The notes: generated by a model not told the origin, from the sequence alone. Positions 38,372 to 48,464 are shown, numbered from the stretch's first letter. The stretch is DNA of 64,000 nt from Deltaproteobacteria bacterium (GCA_033763315.1 JANRKS010000006.1:96001-160000), one strand, 5' to 3'. Numbers and translations are program-made.

Positions 38372-39808
38372 ATGAAACTGCTGTCCGTGGTTCTGCTTGT
38401 GGGTGCCTGTTGTGTGAGCTGCCGTCTGCGAAGCACACCACGTGCCTTCTCCGCTGCGTCGACTTTCCCTTCGCCGCGCCTGTTGGTGTTAACCGACATC
38501 GGTGGGGATCCTGATGACGAGCAAGCCTTGGTTCGCCTCTTGGTGAACAATGATCAGTTTCGCATCGAAGGGCTTGTGGCTTCTGCTGCGGGAACGCCCG
38601 GGGAGACGGCGGATGGCACGCGACCCGATCTCATTCACAAATACATCGACGGTTACGCGAAGGTTTATGCAAACTTAAGCCAACATTCCGCTGCCTTCGC
38701 GTCGCCCGGGGCGTTGCGTGCCGTTGTTAAGTCGGGCAATCCACTCCGGGGGCGCGTCAACGTCGGAGAGGGACACGATACCGAAGGCTCGCGGTGGATT
38801 GTCGCCAAGGTTGATGAATCAAAGGAGCTTTTGCACATTGCGGTGTGGGGAGGCTCCACCGAATTGGCTCAAGCGCTGCACTTTGTGCAGCGTCATCGAT
38901 CCCCCGAACAGGTGAAAAGCTTTGTGTCGCGTCTGCGCGTTCATGCGATCGATCACCAAGACGATAGTGGTCCGTGGATCAACGAGACGTTTCCCGACTT
39001 GTTTTATGTACTTGATGTTGTGGATCCATCGCCTCGAACGGTAAACGGGGCAAAGATTGATCGGCGCCCCTCTGTTTACCGCGGCATGTACCTAAGCGGG
39101 GACGAAAGCCTCACGTCGTTGGCGTGGCTCAACGAGAACGTGAGGACAGGGCACGGCGCGCTGGGGGCCATGTATCCGCCACGCACATGGACCGCGCCCA
39201 ACCCGTATGGCGCCATGAAGGAGGGAGATACGCCGTCTTGGTTTTATTTCCTGCGCAACGGCCTGCAGGACAGCGAGAAGCCGTCGTGGGGTGGATGGGG
39301 AGGGCGGTTCAGCGATCCCCGTGCGGGCGATGGTGGCGCGGTTTTCAGAGACGCCAAAGATAAAGTTGGTGATACCGAAAACGCGCAGGTCACAGTTTCG
39401 CGGTGGCGCCAAGCCTTTCAAAATGCGTTTGCGGCTCGCATGGATTGGTGCGTCCTCCCGAGGAACCAAGCGAATCACGAACCCCACGTGCTTGTTGATG
39501 GCCACAAAGATAATCATGTGATGAGACGAACTGCGCATGCGGGCGAAACGCTTGCGTTCGATGCATCGCAATCGCGCGACCCGGACGGGCAACCCCTTTC
39601 GTATCTGTGGTGGGTTTACCCTGAGGCTGGCACCTTCCAGGGCCCCATCGATCTGTTGGGCGCGCAAACCCCCAGGGTGTCGCTTGCAGTTCCTGTCTCT
39701 GCAAGCGGCAAACAGATTCACATCATTCTTGAAGTCACCGACGCGGGCAACCCGGCCTTAACCGCGTATCAACGCATCGTTGTGGACGTGGCAGAAGGGG
39801 GGGGCTGA
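38372..39808 (+). CDS. DUF1593 (nucleoside-hydrolase-like) exported protein with C-terminal Ig/PKD-like domain
   Basis: LTDIGGDPDDEQALVRLL; WGG..LAQAL; DHQDDSG; KEGDTPS; GGWGGRF; FAARMDWC; ANH.P; DASQSRDPDG. Confidence 0.85.
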   Translation: MKLLSVVLLVGACCVSCRLRSTPRAFSAASTFPSPRLLVLTDIGGDPDDEQALVRLLVNNDQFRIEGLVASAAGTPGETADGTRPDLIHKYIDGYAKVYANLSQHSAAFASPGALRAVVKSGNPLRGRVNVGEGHDTEGSRWIVAKVDESKELLHIAVWGGSTELAQALHFVQRHRSPEQVKSFVSRLRVHAIDHQDDSGPWINETFPDLFYVLDVVDPSPRTVNGAKIDRRPSVYRGMYLSGDESLTSLAWLNENVRTGHGALGAMYPPRTWTAPNPYGAMKEGDTPSWFYFLRNGLQDSEKPSWGGWGGRFSDPRAGDGGAVFRDAKDKVGDTENAQVTVSRWRQAFQNAFAARMDWCVLPRNQANHEPHVLVDGHKDNHVMRRTAHAGETLAFDASQSRDPDGQPLSYLWWVYPEAGTFQGPIDLLGAQTPRVSLAVPVSASGKQIHIILEVTDAGNPALTAYQRIVVDVAEGGG

Positions 39809-39833
39809 AGCCTTGACTTGGTGCGGCCTTTTG

Positions 39834-39849
39834 GTTGAGCGGTCTCAAC
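39834..39849. promoter_or_regulatory. palindromic operator
   Basis: GTTGAGCGGTCTCAAC; centre 42.5 bp upstream of GTG 39884. Confidence 0.7.
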
Positions 39850-39883
39850 TGTCGGACGCGCAGAATTTCAAACATCCTTTCTT

Positions 39884-42800
39884 GTGCCACGGGGCCTCCT
39901 TCTGAACAGAACTGTGCATTCTTGGATACGAGTTAGTCGCTGGCCCGTCATCGCCCGCGGGCGCACAACTAAGACTCAAGCTGCGAACCATTTCTGCCGA
40001 ACCAAGTTTCGCTCGTCCGGCATTCCGTCGGCGTCCAGAGGAAAGCTGCCCTTGCTGGCGCGGTTCGTAACAACTCTGCTGCTTTGGGTCTCGCTGGTGT
40101 TACCGGTTGCTGAGGCGGCGCAGAAGCCCGGGTTTGGCCTGGGCGAACCCCAAGTCGTCGCACGCTGGGACAGTGGGATCCGGCCCGAGCAAATGGCGGT
40201 GACGAACGACGGCTTTTTGTGGATGATCGGAGCCGGTGCGTTGGTCCGCTTTGATGGCCAGCGCTTTCGCCGCTTCGATGCGGCAGAACGCCACAGCCAA
40301 GCGGCAGTCTCAAGCCTGCTTGTGGATCACGCAGGAAAATTGGTGGTGGGGACGTCCGCCGGAACGCTGCTGCAGTTGCGTGTGGGAAATGGCATTCGCT
40401 TTGCTGAAAGAAGCATCGGCCTTGCTTCAGCCATCACGGCTTTGGCTGAAGAACAACCCGGGATCTTGTGGATTGGGACGGCCCAGGGGCTTTGGCGAAA
40501 AAGCGAAACTGAAATGACAGCCCAAGCGGTGGTCCCAAACATCGACGTCACGGCGCTGGCTGTCGATTCGGTGGGCAACGTATGGGTGGGATCATCGACC
40601 TCGTTGATGGTCCTCAAGGACGCCGCATCTGCGCCTGTGGTTGTGCTGTCCGGCAAAGTTTCAGCCTTGGCCGTCGCCGGTGATGGCGGACTTTGGGCAG
40701 GTGTAAACCGTGCGCTCTTCGGGCACGTGCCCTCCGCTCCCGTAGACCAGTGGTCGCGGCAGCGCAACTACGTGAGCATCGCTATGGCTGCGCACAAGGG
40801 TGGTGATCTTTGGGTCGGGCGCGAAATGGCTGGCCTATACCGAATCAATTCACCTGACGTGGCGATTCTGCCGAAGGATGGTTTGCCCGATCTCAGCGTG
40901 GCGGCCTTGTCATTTGATGCCAATCGAAAACTGTGGGGAGCGACGAGTACGGGTACATTGTTTCTGATTGAGCCACGGCACGTTGCCAACCGCGGGGTTG
41001 AATCCGGCATCGGCCAGGGCCCGGGCCTGGCTTTGCTGCAAACGGGGCGAGGCGAGGTATACGAGACAAACACCAACGGCCTATGGCGAGTTGACCCATC
41101 TGCCAGCCCTTCTCCCGCGGCCAGTGTCAAGGTTTCCATCTCCGCACCGTGCGTCCGCGGCATGACGGAACTTGCTGACGGCACTGTTTTGGTCGCCTCG
41201 TGTACGGATGGATTGTGGGCGTTGCATACCGATGGCAGCACGAAGTTGTTGGAGCCTCAGCGACGATGGCTTCACAACGTTTGGAAGCGGTCCGCAGGCG
41301 GCGCGTGGGTGGCTGACGCGCGTGGCAGTTTGTTCCTTTACGAATCGGGCGACGACGTTCCGATCCCAGAACTGCAACGCTGTGGTGAAGTGAAAAGCGG
41401 CACGTGTCCGCACCAAATTCTCAGTTTGCTTGAAGTCGAACCTGATCACCTGTTGCTGGGAACGCGTGGCGGAGGGCTCTATGAGGTCCAGCATGGTGCC
41501 GTGGTCGCGCATCATCCTTTGGCAACATCGGACCCATCAGCGGCGGCGATCTTGGGCCTTGTTCGTGATCGTTCTTCCGCGGTCTGGATAGCCACGGCGG
41601 GTGAGGGCCTTTTCAGACAAAGCCTCGGTCGGCAACCGGTTCATGTGCCGCAGGAGGCGACGGGTTTGCCGCAGCGTCTGCATGGTCTTGTTCTTGATCG
41701 ACATGACAGATTCTGGCTTTCCTCCGAACAAGGCGTTTACCGGGTCCAAAGGCAAGCGCTTGTGGATCTGCTTGACGACCGACGAGAGTCTGCCGTTTCG
41801 CTGCACTTTGGCCTTGACTCCGGTTTAGAGACATTGCGATGCGCGCGCGATTTCTCGCCTTCGATGTTCATAACCCCGGACGATGTGGTCTTGGTTCCGA
41901 CGGTTGCAGGATTCTCCGCGTTCGATGCCAGCCGCGAAGACGTGGCGAACCATCGTTTGCAGTCGTTTGCCGAAAAGCTTTGGGTCAACAGCGATGAAGT
42001 TGCCTTGCCCTTTGCGGGCAACGCGGTTCCCGTTAGACGTGGCAATGGTCACGTAAGAGTTTCCGTGGCCGTCTCTGGGCTCGCCTCCCCACGCTCTTTG
42101 CAGGCCTCCGTACGCCTCGCGGGCCTGACCGCTTGGCAGCCTCTGCCGCCCGATGGTATTGCGGAATTCACGGGTGTCTCGTCAAGTGAGGCAACGGTTG
42201 AGTCAAAACTGGAGATGTTAGGTGGCGGTCCGATTGTGGTGCAGCGACTTTTAACCCTGCGCCTTATGTCGCTTTACGAACTGGGTTGGTTTCGCGCCGT
42301 GTTTGCCGCCATGATCGTGTTCGCCGCCGCCGCGGCTTACCTGCTGCGTGAACGGCACATCCGCCTGCGGTACCTCGCGGTTCTTGAAGAGCGCCGACGG
42401 CTTGCCCATGATCTTCACGACGCGCTTGCCGTGAGCTTCACGGGGATCAGCTATCAATTACACACGCTGGGCCAATCCCTTGGTCCTGAGTCGCCGGCCG
42501 AAGTGCGACGGTTGCTTAACGATGCGCAAGCGATGGTGAAGCATTCACGCCAAGAGGCGCGTCGCTCGGTGTGGGACATCCGATCATCGGCATTGGAACG
42601 TCGATCACTTCCCGAAGCGTTGCGTGCAACGGCCTCGGAATCAAACCGTGTGGGTACCGCCACGGTGACCGTGACCGTGGATCCAACGTATCAATCCATG
42701 AGTGGCTTGGTTGCCACAGAGGTGGCAGAAGCCCTGCTCCGCATTGCCCAAGAAGCCTTGGTAAATGCGATGGTTCATGGCCGCGCCAAGAATGTTGTTG

Positions 42801-43060
42801 TTTCACTAATCGGACTCGAAAAACGAGTCCAACTTGAAATCAAAGACGACGGCCTCGGCGCAGGACAGGTTGAAGATGGACTGCACTTTGGCCTCGTCGG
42901 CATGCGCGAGCGGGCCGAAACGTTGGGCGGCACATTTTCCATTCGGAGCTCACAGAATGAGGGCACAACGGTAACGGTTGTGATTCCTCTTGAAGGCAGA
43001 CGGCCTTGGGTCACCCGGTGGTTCGCCGCCAAGAAAAAGAGGAACGAAAATGAAGAGTGA
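39884..43060 (+). CDS. sensor histidine kinase with beta-propeller repeats and HisKA_3/HATPase
   Basis: DGFLW..LVRFDG; repeated LWIGT/VWVG; TM; ERRRLAHDLHD; EALVNA; DDG; GLVGMRERA. True start may be downstream, near the signal-like segment. Confidence 0.9.
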   Translation: MPRGLLLNRTVHSWIRVSRWPVIARGRTTKTQAANHFCRTKFRSSGIPSASRGKLPLLARFVTTLLLWVSLVLPVAEAAQKPGFGLGEPQVVARWDSGIRPEQMAVTNDGFLWMIGAGALVRFDGQRFRRFDAAERHSQAAVSSLLVDHAGKLVVGTSAGTLLQLRVGNGIRFAERSIGLASAITALAEEQPGILWIGTAQGLWRKSETEMTAQAVVPNIDVTALAVDSVGNVWVGSSTSLMVLKDAASAPVVVLSGKVSALAVAGDGGLWAGVNRALFGHVPSAPVDQWSRQRNYVSIAMAAHKGGDLWVGREMAGLYRINSPDVAILPKDGLPDLSVAALSFDANRKLWGATSTGTLFLIEPRHVANRGVESGIGQGPGLALLQTGRGEVYETNTNGLWRVDPSASPSPAASVKVSISAPCVRGMTELADGTVLVASCTDGLWALHTDGSTKLLEPQRRWLHNVWKRSAGGAWVADARGSLFLYESGDDVPIPELQRCGEVKSGTCPHQILSLLEVEPDHLLLGTRGGGLYEVQHGAVVAHHPLATSDPSAAAILGLVRDRSSAVWIATAGEGLFRQSLGRQPVHVPQEATGLPQRLHGLVLDRHDRFWLSSEQGVYRVQRQALVDLLDDRRESAVSLHFGLDSGLETLRCARDFSPSMFITPDDVVLVPTVAGFSAFDASREDVANHRLQSFAEKLWVNSDEVALPFAGNAVPVRRGNGHVRVSVAVSGLASPRSLQASVRLAGLTAWQPLPPDGIAEFTGVSSSEATVESKLEMLGGGPIVVQRLLTLRLMSLYELGWFRAVFAAMIVFAAAAAYLLRERHIRLRYLAVLEERRRLAHDLHDALAVSFTGISYQLHTLGQSLGPESPAEVRRLLNDAQAMVKHSRQEARRSVWDIRSSALERRSLPEALRATASESNRVGTATVTVTVDPTYQSMSGLVATEVAEALLRIAQEALVNAMVHGRAKNVVVSLIGLEKRVQLEIKDDGLGAGQVEDGLHFGLVGMRERAETLGGTFSIRSSQNEGTTVTVVIPLEGRRPWVTRWFAAKKKRNENEE

Positions 43061-43697
43061 ATCGCCCATCCGTGTGCTGATCGTGGAAGATCACTTTGTG
43101 GCTCGCATGGGCCTGCGCACCATGATCGACTTTCAGAAGGACATGAGTGTGGCTGCCGAGGCACGCAGTGGCGCCGAAGCGGTTGAAATGTTTCAAACGT
43201 CAAGCCCGGACGTTGTGTTGATGGATCTGCGGTTGCCCATCATCGACGGAATCGCCGCCACCGAGCTCATCATCAAATACAACTCGGCCGCCAAGGTGCT
43301 GGTGTTCTCGTCGTTCGACGCGGAATCAGATGTGGTGCGTGCCCACGCCGCTGGCGCGCGCGGGTATGTCCTCAAAAGCGCCGATGGCGAGGACCTGTTA
43401 ACTGCGATTCGGTCGGTCGCTGCTGGTGGGCGCTATTTTCCTCAGGCGATGCAAGAAAGCCTGCTTCGCGCGGGGAACATAGGCCTCAGTGCGCGGGAAA
43501 AGGAGCTGCTGGTGCTATTGGCCAAAGGGCTTAACAACAAAGAGATTTCTGATGTCACAGACATCACGCCTGGCACGGTGAGGATTTACCTGACACGGCT
43601 TTTTGCAAAGCTACAGGTCAGCAATCGTACCGAAGCTGTTTCCGTCGCGTTCGAGCGAGGATTGGTGAGTCCGGAGTGGACCAAACCGCAGGGATGA
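43050..43697 (+). CDS. NarL/LuxR-family response regulator
   Basis: IVEDH; LMDLRLP..DG; GARGYVLK; NKEIS...TPGTVRIY..NRTEAV; overlaps the kinase stop. Confidence 0.93.
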   Translation: MKSESPIRVLIVEDHFVARMGLRTMIDFQKDMSVAAEARSGAEAVEMFQTSSPDVVLMDLRLPIIDGIAATELIIKYNSAAKVLVFSSFDAESDVVRAHAAGARGYVLKSADGEDLLTAIRSVAAGGRYFPQAMQESLLRAGNIGLSAREKELLVLLAKGLNNKEISDVTDITPGTVRIYLTRLFAKLQVSNRTEAVSVAFERGLVSPEWTKPQG

Positions 43698-43777
43698 CGT
43701 TGCGACCAGCACCGGCAGAGCTGCGCGGGTCCGTCACAGCTTTGACGCGGTCAGCGCGCCTTGACGGTCTGGGGCCA

Positions 43778-43793
43778 GTTGAGCCTCCTCAAC
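43778..43793. promoter_or_regulatory. palindromic operator
   Basis: GTTGAGCCTCCTCAAC (AGTTGAG-N4-CTCAACT); centre 43.5 bp upstream of ATG 43829. Confidence 0.75.
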
Positions 43794-43828
43794 TAGGCGA
43801 GGGGAGGGGGGCCATCCACAATATATAC

Positions 43829-45541
43829 ATGGACCACGGTTTTGCTGTTTCGGGGTACCTCCGGGCTTATGTGGCCGCCAGCCTTTCTGCAGTGCTATTG
43901 GCGGCAGCGTGTTCAGGAGCTGTGTCGGGTTCAAACCGCGACCCCGGGGACAAGGACGACGGTGGTGCCGCCGGCGAGGCGTCCAACGGAGGCGCGGGAG
44001 GCGAAGAGATGGGCGATCCGCCTGCACTGGATCAACCGATTCAAAAGCCCACGTGCAAGATCTCCGGAGACAAATCCGGCATGAGGCGGCTAACGAATTT
44101 CGAGCTTCGTAACACGGTTGCGGATTTACTCGGCCTCACTTCGCAAACGTTGGGATCGCTTGAGACGGGTGACAACGTTCGTGATGGCTACGACAACAAC
44201 GTGGCGGTTCAGTCGGTGCTGGAGGCGGAGGGCAAATCGTTCAATGCTTTTGCCGAACGGGCGGCAAACAGCGTTACGTCCGATTTCGCCAAGGCCACAG
44301 GCTGCCAGGCCACGGACGCCACTTGCGCAAGCCAGTGGTTACTTAGCACCGCCAAACGCGCCTATCGAAGGCCGTTGGCAGACGATGAGAAAGCACGTTT
44401 GCAGACGCTGTTCGACCAGCTTCGCACTGAGTTCGACCTATCGACCGCTTTCGCCTCCACGTTGACGTACATGCTGCAAACACCACATTTCCTCTACCGC
44501 CGAGAGGGAATCACTGGCACGGACGCTTGGGAAGTCGCCTCGCGTTTGTCCTACCTTCTTTGGGGAACCATGCCAGATGCGGACCTTTTCGCCGCCGCCG
44601 AGTCGGGGGAACTCAAGAAGGCCACAACGCTTGAGCAGCAAGTCAAACGCATGATCGGTGATGACCGCGCAAAGCGTGGGATCAAGCACTTCTTCTGGCA
44701 GTGGCTTTACCTGGATGAGCTGGAGAAGCGTGACAAGGCTGAGTCCGTCGTGTCGTCTTACCAAAGTACGGTGCGTCCGGATTTGGTTGCTGAGGCTGGT
44801 GCGTACATCGATCACGTGGCCTCAGATGAAGGCACGCCTGTCTCGGATCTTTTTGATGGCGCTTACACCTTCCGCAATAAGGCTTTGGCTTCAATTTACG
44901 GCGGTTCCGCAGGTTCCACTGAGCTTCAAAAAGTCCAGACCGACCCTCAAAGAAGTGCCGGCATTTTGACGACCGGGGCCGTGTTGGCGGCGACCTCGCT
45001 GGCGGATATCTCGTCGCCCATTCTTCGTGGAAAGTTGGTCCGCGAACGCGTGCTGTGCACCCATCTGCCTGTTCCCATGGTGGTGCCGGAACTGCAACGC
45101 ATTACGGGCGCCACCGAACGGGAAATATTCGAGCAGCATTCGAAGAATCCCACCTGTGCAGGCTGCCACGCTTTGATCGATCCCATCGGATTCGCGTTCG
45201 AGAACTTTGATGCCATCGGGCGGTGGCGGGATAAGTACAGCAACGGCGCCAACGTGGACGCCAACGGCGAGATCGTGGAGGCAGGGGATGCGGAGGGTAA
45301 GGTTTCAGGGGTGGCTGAACTGGGCAAGAAACTGGCGCAAAGCGATTTCGTGAACCGCTGCTTGTCTTCACAGTTCTACCAGTACGCGGTGGGGCGAGAC
45401 CTCACGTCGAACGATGCCTGCGCTCTTGACTGGATGGCCTACAACCTAAGCAAAAAGGGCAGCGGCAACTTCCGCGCCGCCTTGACCGCGATAACGACCA
45501 CGCCCGCCATTGCCGGTCCCTCGATTGAAGGAGCAAAATAG
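43829..45541 (+). CDS. DUF1592/DUF1588-family CxxCH lipoprotein
   Basis: LAAAC; MRRLTNFE; TPHFLYRRE; EVASRLSYLLWGTMPD; SPILRG; CAGCH.LIDPIGFAFE. Confidence 0.87.
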   Translation: MDHGFAVSGYLRAYVAASLSAVLLAAACSGAVSGSNRDPGDKDDGGAAGEASNGGAGGEEMGDPPALDQPIQKPTCKISGDKSGMRRLTNFELRNTVADLLGLTSQTLGSLETGDNVRDGYDNNVAVQSVLEAEGKSFNAFAERAANSVTSDFAKATGCQATDATCASQWLLSTAKRAYRRPLADDEKARLQTLFDQLRTEFDLSTAFASTLTYMLQTPHFLYRREGITGTDAWEVASRLSYLLWGTMPDADLFAAAESGELKKATTLEQQVKRMIGDDRAKRGIKHFFWQWLYLDELEKRDKAESVVSSYQSTVRPDLVAEAGAYIDHVASDEGTPVSDLFDGAYTFRNKALASIYGGSAGSTELQKVQTDPQRSAGILTTGAVLAATSLADISSPILRGKLVRERVLCTHLPVPMVVPELQRITGATEREIFEQHSKNPTCAGCHALIDPIGFAFENFDAIGRWRDKYSNGANVDANGEIVEAGDAEGKVSGVAELGKKLAQSDFVNRCLSSQFYQYAVGRDLTSNDACALDWMAYNLSKKGSGNFRAALTAITTTPAIAGPSIEGAK

Positions 45542-46942
45542 ATGTCCACCTCAACCAACGCGCAGTTCTTGATTGGTCGTCGTCGGTTTCTTCGCGGGGC
45601 GGGCGGCATCACCGTTGCGCTGCCGTTCCTGCCCTCGCTTGCTCCGCGTGTTGCCTTTGGCGCCGCTCCGAAACGCGTGATTTTCTGGTTTCAACCGGAC
45701 GGTTCGATGGATGCCAAGAGCTATGGCAGCGAGCCATTTTGGCCATCGGGAACAGGCGAGTCGTTCACGCTGGCCGAGCACACGAAGCCCCTTGAACCGG
45801 TCAAGGGTGACATCATCTTTTTGCGCGGGATTCACAACCTCGCGTCCGCAAAATCGAATGCCGACAGCGTCCACGGCTCGCTCTTGCACTCGATGCTTAC
45901 GGGAACGGGGCCCGATTCGATCGATCAGGTCATCGCGGACAAAGTGTCGGGAGGGCGCAGCCTTCAATTGGGTGTTGCCACTGAACGTTCCGGCCGCAGC
46001 GACACGAGGATGAGCTATCGAGGTGGCAGTTATGTGGCGCCCGCAGCAAATCCGTTCACGGTCTATGCAGAACTGTTTGGCGGCAAACCATCGGGGTCAG
46101 GCTCGCCGGGCACGCCGACGACACCAGGTGAGAATCTACTTTACCGTGTTGCGAAGACCCGCAAAAGCGTCTTGGATGCGGTTCATGCTGACCTGAAGGA
46201 TCTATCGGGAAAAGTCAGCAGTGCCGACAAGCAACGCCTTGAGCAGCACGCCGATGCGATTCGTAAAGTGGAAGGCGCCTTGGTGGACTTGGACGACCTT
46301 CAAGGGGGGAAAACCGGATCGCCTGTTTTGACGCCGGTATCAAGCAGCTGCAACCCACCGAAGTTGGACACTCGGGGTCTCACGGAGTCCCAGAACTTCA
46401 CTGAGACTGTGGTTGGCATGAACAAGATCGCAGCGGTCCAGCAGGATTTGATGATGCTTGCGTTGCATTGTGGAAAGCACAAGGTGGCCACGATGATGTT
46501 CATGCGCGGCCGTGATGATTCCCAGGCCTACGAATTCCTTAACATCACGGCGAAGGATAAGGGCCAACACGGCTTTGCTCATATGTGGGACACGGACAAG
46601 ATCCCAACGGGCAAGCCTGACTATGCCGCTATTCACAAATGGCGGGCTGAGTTGTTCCGCGATCTCGTTTTGGATCTCAAACGGCGCGACGATGGCGATG
46701 GCACCACAATGTTCGATAATACCTTGCTGATCTGGATGAGCGAGATGGGTGACGGTAAGGCCCATGACCCCAAGAACATGACGATGGTCATGGCAGGAAA
46801 GGCCGGCCGCAATCTGAAAACAGGCCGCTCGCTGCAGTTCAATGAACCACACACCAACGCGCTCATTTCGGTGGCGCAGATGATGGATGTGCCCCTGACG
46901 AAATTCGGCGCGGACGGAACGCGTCCGCTTTCGGGCCTTTAA
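45542..46942 (+). CDS. DUF1552 family Tat-exported protein
   Basis: GRRRFLRGAGG..LPFLPSL; VHG; SIDQVIA; QHGFAH; FDNTLLIWMSEMG..AH. Confidence 0.87.
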   Translation: MSTSTNAQFLIGRRRFLRGAGGITVALPFLPSLAPRVAFGAAPKRVIFWFQPDGSMDAKSYGSEPFWPSGTGESFTLAEHTKPLEPVKGDIIFLRGIHNLASAKSNADSVHGSLLHSMLTGTGPDSIDQVIADKVSGGRSLQLGVATERSGRSDTRMSYRGGSYVAPAANPFTVYAELFGGKPSGSGSPGTPTTPGENLLYRVAKTRKSVLDAVHADLKDLSGKVSSADKQRLEQHADAIRKVEGALVDLDDLQGGKTGSPVLTPVSSSCNPPKLDTRGLTESQNFTETVVGMNKIAAVQQDLMMLALHCGKHKVATMMFMRGRDDSQAYEFLNITAKDKGQHGFAHMWDTDKIPTGKPDYAAIHKWRAELFRDLVLDLKRRDDGDGTTMFDNTLLIWMSEMGDGKAHDPKNMTMVMAGKAGRNLKTGRSLQFNEPHTNALISVAQMMDVPLTKFGADGTRPLSGL

Positions 46943-46961
46943 GCCGGCCCGAGGAGAACCC

Positions 46962-48272
46962 ATGATTGCCAAGACACCGCTGTGGCTCTTCGCCCTTGTC
47001 ATGTTTGCTTGCCAAGGTGCAAGCGCGGGCCCAACAGACGACGATGGTGAAGGCGGCGGGCCCGGCGAGGTATCTGGTGGTGCAGGCGAACCCGGTGGCC
47101 GAGGCGGTGCGGGCGGCATGGTGCAGGGGGCGGGTGGCGGGCTTGGCAGCACGGGAGGCGCAACGCAAACGGGCGGCAGCGCCGGTGCTGGGCAAGGCGG
47201 TGGTGCAGCTGCAGCCGGCGCCGGTGGACAACCGAGCGGGGGCGGTATGGGTGGAGCGGCACCGACGAATATGGGTGGGGCCGCGGGCATGGTTGGCACG
47301 CCCGACCCCGTCGTTGTGCCGGTCGCTGAGCAGAAGCAGGTGATGCTTGAGCTCTTCGGCAAGGTTTGCCGAGGCGTTGTCACGTACGACGCGAACGACA
47401 ACGTTATCGCTTTGAACTTTTCGTCGCATCAAAGCTTTTGCGGCACCCAAGAGCACCCAGGGTTGTCTGATGACGACATGCAGAAGCTCCTCAAGTTCCC
47501 GTCCCTACGTCGGGTGCGCTTCGAGCGGATGAACCGGGTCACGTCGGCTGGCTACGGAGTGCTCGCGAAACTGAAGAATTTGGAAGCCGCTTTGTTTGCC
47601 TACCCCGACGGGGCCAACAAAGACTTCATGTTGTCGGTCAAGGACAACGCGCGACTTAAGGTGTTGGAGCTAAAACACCTCTTCAGCATTTCAGGAACCA
47701 GTCTGCCTTCGCTGCCGGCCTATCAAGATCTTAGGGTTCTGGAGCTCGACAATGCGAGTGCTGAACGTTCGGTCGCACTGCCCTTCATCAAGAAGCATCC
47801 TGCGTTGATAAGCCTGCAACTGCACCGAACATCGCTGACAAACGCCGATGTGTCTGAGATCGCTGACACCTTGCCGAACCTCGAAGGAATCGAGCTCAAG
47901 CCAGCGGGCAGCAGCATGAACAACGGTGTGTTTGAGCACCTCGGCCGCATGAAGAAGCTCAAGGTGATTCAACTTGCCGGCGGCCTGTCTGTGCCAGCGT
48001 GGGAAGCGGGCGGAAAATACTTGGAAGGCCTCACCAACTTGCGCCTCATCGTGGGGACGGTGGATGGTGGCACCGAAGCAAAGCTCAAGGCTGCCATTCC
48101 AGGATTCTCAGTGGCCGGCAGCGGTTCGCAGACGCAGGAGCAAAGTGAACTGCGGAGCAAAGACAACATCTATTTCATGCGAAGTGTTTTGCCCTTCTTC
48201 CTCACCGACAAAAAGGAAGAGTACAAGATGGGCACAAAACAAAGCACAGTTGGCTCCGAAGACATCGGTTGA
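46962..48272 (+). CDS. lipoprotein with long Gly-rich linker and leucine-rich repeats
   Basis: GAGGAG RBS; MFAC; about 90-aa Gly-rich tract; repeats such as LKNLEA, LRVLELDN, LISLQLH, LPNLEGIEL. Confidence 0.75.
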   Translation: MIAKTPLWLFALVMFACQGASAGPTDDDGEGGGPGEVSGGAGEPGGRGGAGGMVQGAGGGLGSTGGATQTGGSAGAGQGGGAAAAGAGGQPSGGGMGGAAPTNMGGAAGMVGTPDPVVVPVAEQKQVMLELFGKVCRGVVTYDANDNVIALNFSSHQSFCGTQEHPGLSDDDMQKLLKFPSLRRVRFERMNRVTSAGYGVLAKLKNLEAALFAYPDGANKDFMLSVKDNARLKVLELKHLFSISGTSLPSLPAYQDLRVLELDNASAERSVALPFIKKHPALISLQLHRTSLTNADVSEIADTLPNLEGIELKPAGSSMNNGVFEHLGRMKKLKVIQLAGGLSVPAWEAGGKYLEGLTNLRLIVGTVDGGTEAKLKAAIPGFSVAGSGSQTQEQSELRSKDNIYFMRSVLPFFLTDKKEEYKMGTKQSTVGSEDIG

Positions 48273-48312
48273 TCCTTGTTTTCCCCCGATTGCGGGCGAC
48301 CCGATGTTTTTG

Positions 48313-48328
48313 GTGGATGATCGTCAAC
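48313..48328. promoter_or_regulatory. palindromic operator (one core mismatch)
   Basis: GTGGATGATCGTCAAC in the intergenic region before 48465. Confidence 0.55.
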
Positions 48329-48464
48329 CGAAACGACTCGGTCAGTCAGTCCAAGCCACTTCGAGGTTGATGGGGCATCCGACGGCCTGCCATGTTGGCT
48401 TTTGCGGCCGGCACGACGTCATGCGTCCGTGATCGCTCTACCTTAAGTTTGGAAGAGGAAGTGC

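Noticed and set aside
46340-47456. Long antisense ORFs (46340..47401, 46863..47456) and similar shadow ORFs elsewhere
   Set aside because: Expected opposite GC-rich genes; Pro-rich mirror of Gly codons with no motifs.
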